From a virus (lineage: Duplodnaviria; Caudoviricetes), in IMG/VR virus record IMGVR_UViG_3300020138_000100, positions 1 to 28,308 of that record: a stretch of DNA of 28,308 nt. One strand, written 5' to 3'. This document shows, in pieces, positions 6,805-12,904 of the stretch. Both the position numbers and the translations under genes were made by a program. The notes beneath the pieces were generated by a model. The model saw only the letters and a program-made list of their open reading frames with translations. It had not been told where the DNA came from and searched no databases. Within the stretch, counting starts at the first letter, position 1, and each line of letters begins with the position of its first letter.

Positions 6805-6998
6805 TGAACTTTGACGTCGCATCTATAGCTTTAACCATAGTAGGAACTGTTTTTCTCATATCTGTAAGCTCTTGCGTAAAAAATGATGCCGAGATGCAGT
6901 TCTTCTCCTTGCAGGAGCAAGCGCGCTGCATCGAAAACGCATCCAGCGATACAGGGGTTTTTGCTTGCAGAGATCTTAAAATAATCAAAAGGCCATGA
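6804..6998 (+). CDS. Small membrane/lipoprotein-like protein (64 aa)
   Basis: AAGGAG SD; TAATG overlap; hydrophobic stretch ending in VSSC. Confidence 0.65.
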   Translation: MNFDVASIALTIVGTVFLISVSSCVKNDAEMQFFSLQEQARCIENASSDTGVFACRDLKIIKRP

Positions 6999-7047
6999 CC
7001 TTTTCACCAAAGATCACTTTGCCGGCACCGGCAAGGCGATCTTTGGC

Positions 7048-7235
7048 GAGACGGTCGATGTGGAAGGACACATTAATCAGCCGAATGGGAGTTTGCTCGG
7101 TTCATGTACTGATGTGCATGTGGTGCGGGCAAACCGGAGCTGCCCTGTTTGTGCAAGGGAGTCCGGGCAAATAAAACGAGGCGTCAGTACACGCCTACCA
7201 CCGGCATAGCAGGTATCAAGCCCTGCACCGTCTCG
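7048..7235 (+). ncRNA. Putative tRNA-like structured RNA with ~135-nt insert replacing the anticodon arm
   Basis: Closing stem GAGACGGT/ACCGTCTC; D-like arm ATGTG-GAAGGA-CACAT; T-like arm GCAGG-TATCAAGC-CCTGC; internal 11-bp helix 7105-7115/7181-7191. Confidence 0.6.
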
Positions 7236-7262
7236 GCTTAACGCCAAACAAAGGAGAGCAAC

Positions 7263-7847
7263 ATGGCAAAAGCAAAAAAGAAAGAGGAACCGCAAGACGT
7301 TCAGGACGAAACAACCGCCGCCGGCGAGCCGACAGAACAGATCGAAGATGCAGCCCTTGCGCTGGATACGCGCACGATGGTTGGCGACATTCGTGATTTT
7401 CTGCTTGATCGCCTGAAACACAACAAGGAAGGCAAGCCTTGGGCGCAGCTTTCGGAAAGCCAACAGTCTGACGATATCTATGCGGCCACGTCTGCAGCCG
7501 AAAACCTTGTGCGCAATGCCGTTGATCTTGTGGCAACACAGGGTTTCAACCATGCAAAGGCCGAGATTGATTCTTGGAAAGTCAAAGGCAAACAGGTTGT
7601 CATTAACCTCAAGGCCTTTGCGTCCGAGGAAACCCTGCTTTCGCTCTTGAACGCTGGCAGTGTTGTTACGCTGACTTTTGCAAACGATGATGCCTTTGAC
7701 CAGGGCCGCAGCGAGTGCAAGCCCCAGCCCGATCAGCCCGGGCTCGCGCTGGATGGCACGAATGACGAAAATGCCGAGGATGCTGAAACCGGAACCGATG
7801 GCGACGATGATGCCGAAGGTGGCGACGACAGCGAAAGCGGCGAATAA
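7263..7847 (+). CDS. Conserved phage protein with acidic tail
   Basis: AAGGAG SD; PWAQLSESQQ and DQPGL motifs, recalled from a proteobacterial phage family often loosely labelled FtsK-related; no ATPase motif. Confidence 0.75.
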   Translation: MAKAKKKEEPQDVQDETTAAGEPTEQIEDAALALDTRTMVGDIRDFLLDRLKHNKEGKPWAQLSESQQSDDIYAATSAAENLVRNAVDLVATQGFNHAKAEIDSWKVKGKQVVINLKAFASEETLLSLLNAGSVVTLTFANDDAFDQGRSECKPQPDQPGLALDGTNDENAEDAETGTDGDDDAEGGDDSESGE

Positions 7848-7849
7848 AC

Positions 7850-8191
7850 ATGGCAAAAATCACGCTCCCTTGGCCTCCCAAAATCCTAAGCCCGAACGCC
7901 AGACCGCATTATCTGGCGAAGGCGCGCGCGGTTAAGGAGTACAGGGGGGCGTGTCGCCTGTTCGCAATGCAAATACGGCCGACGTTTAAGGCCAAAGAAA
8001 TCAACATGACAATCACCTTTCGGCCACCAAATAACCGCCGCCGTGACAGGGACAACCTTATTGCAGCCATGAAATCAGGCATGGACGGTATTGCAGAAGC
8101 TTGGGGCGTGGACGACAGCCGTTTTGTGCCGACCTATCGCATGGGCGAGCCGGTCGCGCGGGGTGAGGTCATTATCGAGATCGGGGAATAA
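7850..8191 (+). CDS. rusA: RusA-like Holliday junction resolvase
   Basis: ITLPWPP..LSPN; RRRDRDNL...K...DGIA...VDDSRF catalytic pattern. Confidence 0.85.
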   Translation: MAKITLPWPPKILSPNARPHYLAKARAVKEYRGACRLFAMQIRPTFKAKEINMTITFRPPNNRRRDRDNLIAAMKSGMDGIAEAWGVDDSRFVPTYRMGEPVARGEVIIEIGE

Positions 8192-8192
8192 G

Positions 8193-8417
8193 ATGCAGGT
8201 TTCAATTTTTACTGATGTGCTGCTTGCCGGGCTTAAAACGGCGCCAATGTCTTTGCGCCAAACCGTCGCACGAAAGCACCATAAGGAAATAGGCCGCGAG
8301 CTTTGGCAGGAAACGATGTTTGCCGTTCACCTGCAGGATGATCGCCTGACAGAGAAAGAGCGCCAAGTGCTGGCCGCTATCGGTACGCGCCTGCATGGGC
8401 CACGGAGCGTGCTATGA
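8193..8417 (+). CDS. Hypothetical protein
   Basis: GGGGA SD; ATG 8193 just after the rusA stop; coupled to the next gene. Confidence 0.65.
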   Translation: MQVSIFTDVLLAGLKTAPMSLRQTVARKHHKEIGRELWQETMFAVHLQDDRLTEKERQVLAAIGTRLHGPRSVL

Positions 8418-8590
8418 CCGCAGACAAAAACAGCCACGTATGCGCGACGATAAAGGCGCTACGGGACGCTGACAGGGCTTTATGCCTGCAAACTGACCTT
8501 GATGCCGCAGAGGAGCATTTGCTTGCCGCGTGGCAGAGCCTGCAGGCAGCAGCAAAGATCGAGGCAAGGGAGAAATTAAATGTCAAATAA
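8414..8590 (+). CDS. Hypothetical protein (58 aa; absent from ORF track)
   Basis: GGAG SD; ATGA overlap; MTADKNSHVCATIKALRD...KLNVK*. Confidence 0.6.
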   Translation: MTADKNSHVCATIKALRDADRALCLQTDLDAAEEHLLAAWQSLQAAAKIEAREKLNVK

Positions 8591-9404
8591 TTGGGTACGC
8601 CTCTGGCACGATATGCCGACAGATCCGAAATGGCGCGTTATAGCAAAACGCTCCGGACAGCCCATTGCCACCGTCATGGCCGTTTTCACTTTTGTGATGG
8701 TGAACGCATCCGCGAACGCAACCGAACGCGGAAGAACGCACAACCTGTTTTCTGACGACATTGCCGCAGCTCTCGACATTGAAACGGCCGATGTTGATGC
8801 CATCCTTGACGCGATGCAGGGCAAAGTCTTGGAAGGGGAGTACCTGACGGGCTGGGAAAAAAGGCAGCCAAAACGGGAGGATAGCTCTGCCGAACGCGCC
8901 AAACGGTGGCGCGAACGCAACCGAACGCAACCGAACGCAACCGAACGCCCAGATAAAGATACAGATAAAGATACAGATACAGAGGAAGAGTTAGAGAGAG
9001 GAGGTGTGGGGGAGAGAGATGCGCCGCCTGCCGGCGTCGCCGTGTCCCCTGATCCGATTGAAGCGAAGGGGCAGGATCGGCAAGCGCCGCACACAACACC
9101 GGCCACCGATCCTGCCAAGCCTCCTGCCAAGCCCAAGGCCGTACGCGGCTTGCGCTTGCAGGATTTCCTTGACCGCGAAGGGGAGGACGACACAGGCCAG
9201 TCTTGGGGCGCATGGGCGCTCACAAGCGGCCTGTCCCCCCCCGAGATCAACCGAGAAATGCAGAAATTTTGCGATTACTGGAAGGCGCAGCCGGGGCAGA
9301 AGGGCGTGAAGCTCGACTGGCCGGCGACCTGGCGAAACTGGGTGCGCCGCGTTATCGAAGCGAAGGAAGCGGAGGAGGCAAGACGTGCAGTTTACCGCAA
9401 GTGA
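8580..9404 (+). CDS. Phage replication initiation protein (lambda O-analogous)
   Basis: WVRLWHDMPTDPKW N-terminus; WEKRQPKREDSSAERAKRWRER; internal iterons; C-terminal FCDYW...KGVKLDWPATWRNW. Confidence 0.82.
   Translation: MSNNWVRLWHDMPTDPKWRVIAKRSGQPIATVMAVFTFVMVNASANATERGRTHNLFSDDIAAALDIETADVDAILDAMQGKVLEGEYLTGWEKRQPKREDSSAERAKRWRERNRTQPNATERPDKDTDKDTDTEEELERGGVGERDAPPAGVAVSPDPIEAKGQDRQAPHTTPATDPAKPPAKPKAVRGLRLQDFLDREGEDDTGQSWGAWALTSGLSPPEINREMQKFCDYWKAQPGQKGVKLDWPATWRNWVRRVIEAKEAEEARRAVYRK
8912..8983 (+). repeat. Putative replication origin: 10-bp iterons followed by purine-rich repeats
   Basis: CGAACGCAAC x3 plus CGAACGC (8912-8948; non-triplet period), then CAGATAAAGATA x2 and CAGATA. 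Confidence 0.75.
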
Positions 9405-9750
9405 GGAAAAGGCCGGAACGACAAGAGCCGATGTTTTGCGTAGCCTTGAAAAACAATTCGACTGGCAAGCCGATGACTGGCATTTTACGCTCTTGCTCGC
9501 GCTGGAGCCTCACGAGGTCTACGCGTGGTTCCGTGACGCGAAGCTTCATGCCGACCGCATGTTCTTCAACGGCGCCACGCGGCGGGGGACTGCCGCGTAT
9601 GACTGGGTAAAACAGAAATACGACGGCCATGTTTTCAGCGCCCTTGGCGGCATCACGCTGTGCCTCTCCAAAGACAGACAGATCGTCAAATCGCACGATG
9701 TCACGCCCTTCAGGGCCATCAGGAAGTCCGAGGGAGGAACAAAGCCATGA
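9385..9750 (+). CDS. Hypothetical protein in helicase-loader position
   Basis: GGAGG SD with GTG start; coupled to the next gene; no Walker motif. Confidence 0.65.
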   Translation: MQFTASEEKAGTTRADVLRSLEKQFDWQADDWHFTLLLALEPHEVYAWFRDAKLHADRMFFNGATRRGTAAYDWVKQKYDGHVFSALGGITLCLSKDRQIVKSHDVTPFRAIRKSEGGTKP

Positions 9751-10007
9751 CCCTGACGGAAAGGATTCTTGCCTACCTGTCCCGCCAGAGGTACGGCGCG
9801 ACGTTTCGCAAGATAGAGATCGATTTGAACGACAACCCGGACGAAGTGTTTATAAATCCGGAATCCTTGCGTGTTACGCTGTCAAAGTTGACAAATCGCG
9901 GCCTCCTGCGATCCGAAGAAGCTGAGGAATGCGCACAGTGCGGATGCTCCAGCAAGGTCTACCGCATCACGGAAAGGGGGCGCATCAAGATAAACTGGGA
10001 GGTTTAG
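9747..10007 (+). CDS. Winged-HTH protein with CxxC
   Basis: ERILAYL...SLRVTLSKLTNRGLL...CAQCGC...YRITERG, a MarR/PadR-like pattern; GGAGG SD. Confidence 0.72.
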   Translation: MTLTERILAYLSRQRYGATFRKIEIDLNDNPDEVFINPESLRVTLSKLTNRGLLRSEEAEECAQCGCSSKVYRITERGRIKINWEV

Positions 10008-10496
10008 TTGACCGATACCGAGATGGGCTATGACGAAGAGCAGCTGAAGCATCGGGCGCGTCATGCTCCCCTGGAGTGGGAGACGGCGCGTCTAGGGCGG
10101 GAAAGAACGGTAAAGCTCTATTTGCGCGACCGCTGGCATGCCAGACTGATCGGCAGCCTGACGCTCTCCCAGCAAGAAGCGTTGTTTAATATCGAATCAG
10201 CATGGCGCGTCATCACATCAGGCATCGGCATGCGCGTTTTCAATCCCATGCGCGTTGACGGGCGCCGCGGCCCGGAAGAGGGTCTCTCGAAAGAGGAAAG
10301 GCTTCTTGTGAGGTACTTCGACTGGGGCCGCGCCGTTCAGGAAAAACGCCTCAGCCACGCAATGGCCATCGCCGTTATCGCCGAAGGCCTTTCATTGCGC
10401 GAGGTAGACAAGCTGTACCGCTGCCGCCGTGGAACGGCTGCGGGGAATCTCAAAAAGTGCCTTGACGCATATTGCGAGGTCGTCGGATGGATTTAA
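10008..10496 (+). CDS. Putative late-gene regulator (Q position; DUF6456-like with C-terminal HTH)
   Basis: Last early gene; AVIAEGLSLREVDK...RRGTAAGNLKKCLD HTH; GGAGG SD with TTG start. Confidence 0.65.
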   Translation: MTDTEMGYDEEQLKHRARHAPLEWETARLGRERTVKLYLRDRWHARLIGSLTLSQQEALFNIESAWRVITSGIGMRVFNPMRVDGRRGPEEGLSKEERLLVRYFDWGRAVQEKRLSHAMAIAVIAEGLSLREVDKLYRCRRGTAAGNLKKCLDAYCEVVGWI

Positions 10497-10720
10497 GCTT
10501 TTTTAAGAAGCGCCCGCGCCCTTTCGAGCTCTTTTTTTGAGCTATCCATAAGAACAAGAAGGTCTTGCTTGATGTGGGAAGGCGCCCCGTCTTTTACCCA
10601 CCTTCGCAGGTGCCGATCAGAAACGCTCAACGCGGATGCGAGCGGAACTTGCCAGTGGTGCCCGAAGGCTGCCCGCCCGACGGCGGCAAGAACGTCAGGC
10701 GGGATCTTTTTATCTTCCAT
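10493..10720 (-). CDS. Small HTH regulator (Aca-like position)
   Basis: VGRAAFGHHWQVPLASALSVSDRHLRRW HTH. Confidence 0.8.
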   Translation of the reverse strand: MEDKKIPPDVLAAVGRAAFGHHWQVPLASALSVSDRHLRRWVKDGAPSHIKQDLLVLMDSSKKELERARALLKKA

Positions 10721-10731
10721 GTCAAAAAGCC

Positions 10732-11010
10732 TTAAAGTTCATCGATGCTCCACAACGGTCCGCGATATCCTTGAAATTGAATCATCGCGTTCCCTTCTAC
10801 CCATGCCCGCTCCGTTTCGATGCGGCGATAACCGTTTTCGAGACTGTAAAAAAACGGAACGAAACCATCTTCGATCAGGCGCGGAAGAACTTCGACCATG
10901 GCGGAGTGGATGCCGGAAAGCGAGTTTTCGTGCTTTGTGTCGAATTTTTTAACGATTACCCCCCCCTCGCCGTTGATGGAGTGGAAAGTCAGGGTTAGCG
11001 TTTTTTTCAT
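10732..11010 (-). CDS. Hypothetical 92-aa protein (anti-defence or toxin candidate)
   Basis: AGGAG SD 7 nt upstream; has its own promoter; followed by the HTH gene. Confidence 0.75.
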   Translation of the reverse strand: MKKTLTLTFHSINGEGGVIVKKFDTKHENSLSGIHSAMVEVLPRLIEDGFVPFFYSLENGYRRIETERAWVEGNAMIQFQGYRGPLWSIDEL

Positions 11011-11055
11011 TTCATTTCTCCTGTTTTTAAGAACCGCGATGTCCGCGTCATGTTT

Positions 11056-11086
11056 ATAATATGACCTATTTTTAGGACATTATCAA
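11056..11086 (-). promoter_or_regulatory. Leftward sigma70-type promoter overlapped by a palindromic operator
   Basis: Minus-strand TTGATA (11086-11081)-N17-CATATT; inverted repeat ATGACCTA-TTTT-TAGGACAT at 11061-11080 (one mismatch). Confidence 0.7.
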
Positions 11087-11190
11087 GATTAAAGGTGAGA
11101 AATTTTATTTCTTTTTTATGAAGGGTTAATTCGCGGGGACCATATAAGGTTTAAATTAAATATGATGCCCTTCGTGGGTAAAAAACAACA

Positions 11191-11226
11191 GCCGCCGAGC
11201 AGCTTTACAGCGCCGGCGGCTTTTTT
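11191..11226 (+). terminator. Intrinsic terminator upstream of late genes (tR'-like)
   Basis: GCCGCCG...CGGCGGC followed by T6. Confidence 0.7.
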
Positions 11227-11283
11227 AATTTCAAAAACCTGATTGATCGATAGGGCCTTTAGGCGACGGTCGGAGGGATTATT

Positions 11284-11568
11284 ATGGTTTCCAAAGAAGA
11301 CAAGGACAGAAACAAGGGCGGTAGGCCGAAGGGCTACAAGAAAACCGGCGGCCGTCAAAAAGGAACGCCGAACAAGCTGACGGCGGACGTGAAGGACATG
11401 ATCGTGCAGGCCCTGTCCGATGCGGGCGGCGTCGGGTACCTCGTGCGGCAGGCCGAAGAGAACCCGCGCGCCTTTCTCGCGCTTGTCGGCCGAGTATTGC
11501 CGTACCAGGTTCAAGGCGACAGCGAAAAGCCCTTGAGCATCACCATCGTCCGTGGGCTTGGTGACTAG
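11284..11568 (+). CDS. terS: Terminase small subunit (putative)
   Basis: GGRQKGTPNKLT...GGVGYL...NPRAFLALVGRVLP; immediately upstream of terL. Confidence 0.75.
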   Translation: MVSKEDKDRNKGGRPKGYKKTGGRQKGTPNKLTADVKDMIVQALSDAGGVGYLVRQAEENPRAFLALVGRVLPYQVQGDSEKPLSITIVRGLGD

Positions 11569-12904
11569 CATATCCCTGCCGCACCTGTGGCGGCCGCGCG
11601 TTTATCAAAAACCCGCGTGGAAGGCTCTGGAGGACGGGTGCAAGCGCGCCTATCTCGTCTGGCACCGCCGCGCGGGGAAGGACGACATATGCCTTCACTG
11701 GACGGCAACTGCCGGTTTCGAGCGCGTCGGGAACTACTGGCACATGCTGCCGGAAGCATCGCAATCGAGAAAGGCGATCTGGGATGCCATCAACCCTCAC
11801 ACGGGCAGGCGGCGCATTGAGGAATCTTTTCCCCTCGATATACGCAAACGCACCGTGGACAACGAGATGAAGATCGAGCTCGCCAACGGCTCGATGTGGC
11901 AAGTGCTCGGCTCCGACAACTACAACAGCTATGTCGGCTCTCCTCCGGTCGGCGTGGTGTTGTCGGAGTGGGCGCTTGCCGATCCTGCGGCGTGGGCATA
12001 CCTCATGCCTATTTTGGAAGAAAACGGCGGGTGGGCGCTCTTTATCACGACGCCGCGCGGAAAAAACCACGCCGAAGCGTTTTACAAGATGGCGCAGAAT
12101 ACACCCGGATGGTTTTGCCAGAAGCTCCCCGCCAGCGCGACGGGGGTATACGGGGAAGATCAGCTCAAGCGCATCAAGACGGAGCTGATCGCGCAGTACG
12201 GCGAAGATGAGGGGCTGGCCAAGTTCGAACAGGAGTACGAATGCTCCTTCTCCGCGGCGGTGCCTGGGGCCTACTACGGCAAGGAAATAAACAGGGCTGA
12301 GAATGAGGGAAGGATCAGCGGCGTACCATATGACGGGCGCTACGAGGTCTTTCCCGTTTTTGATCTAGGTCACGGTGATAGCACGTCCATCGTCTTTGTC
12401 CAGATCGTCGGTCGCGAGCCGCGCATCATAGATCACCACGAGAGCTCGGGGCAAAGCATCGATTTCTATGCCAAGCTTCTGCGCGAGAAGCGATATAGCA
12501 TGCCGCACATCATCTTGCCGCACGATGCGGCTGACGGCCGGCTGTCTACCGGAAAATCGTATGAAAAACAATTCATGGAGCACGGCTTCAAGGTAAAGGT
12601 TCTGGCGCGGACGCAAAACGTCAACGCGGACATCGGCCTTGCGCGAAAGCTGATCGATCAGGCTTGGTTCGACAAGGCAAAAACGGAGCGCCTTATCACG
12701 TGTCTCGGTCATTATCACCGCGAATGGGACGAGAAAAACAAGATTTTCAGGCTCGTGCCGAAGCATGACTGGTCAAGCCACAGCGCCGATTCCTTCCGCT
12801 ATGCGGCGGTCGCTTATGCCGCCGGATGGCTCAAGAACGACGGCACGGCGAGCAAGGTATCCATGCAGCTGGGTCCTTCGCAGACATCATATATGGGAAG
12901 ATAA
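11552..12904 (+). CDS. terL: Terminase large subunit
   Basis: YQ adenine-binding motif; WHRRAGKD Walker A; VVLSE Walker B; ITTPRG; FDLG and HDWSSHSADSFRY nuclease motifs. Start may be GTG 11561. Confidence 0.95.
   Translation: MGLVTSISLPHLWRPRVYQKPAWKALEDGCKRAYLVWHRRAGKDDICLHWTATAGFERVGNYWHMLPEASQSRKAIWDAINPHTGRRRIEESFPLDIRKRTVDNEMKIELANGSMWQVLGSDNYNSYVGSPPVGVVLSEWALADPAAWAYLMPILEENGGWALFITTPRGKNHAEAFYKMAQNTPGWFCQKLPASATGVYGEDQLKRIKTELIAQYGEDEGLAKFEQEYECSFSAAVPGAYYGKEINRAENEGRISGVPYDGRYEVFPVFDLGHGDSTSIVFVQIVGREPRIIDHHESSGQSIDFYAKLLREKRYSMPHIILPHDAADGRLSTGKSYEKQFMEHGFKVKVLARTQNVNADIGLARKLIDQAWFDKAKTERLITCLGHYHREWDEKNKIFRLVPKHDWSSHSADSFRYAAVAYAAGWLKNDGTASKVSMQLGPSQTSYMGR

Noticed and set aside
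7126-7172. c-di-GMP-I (GEMM) riboswitch resemblance (GGGCAAACC...GG..GCAAA)
   Set aside because: Lacks the GAC of GGGACGCAAA, the GNRA-capped stem and a recognisable second hairpin; a cmsearch would settle it.
7048-7235. Canonical tRNA, tmRNA or intron-containing tRNA
   Set aside because: No 7-nt anticodon loop, no G3-U70 pair and no CCA. The GCA-AAT frame resembling a tmRNA resume codon runs through the T arm rather than stopping inside. The insert is short for a group I intron and I see no core motifs.
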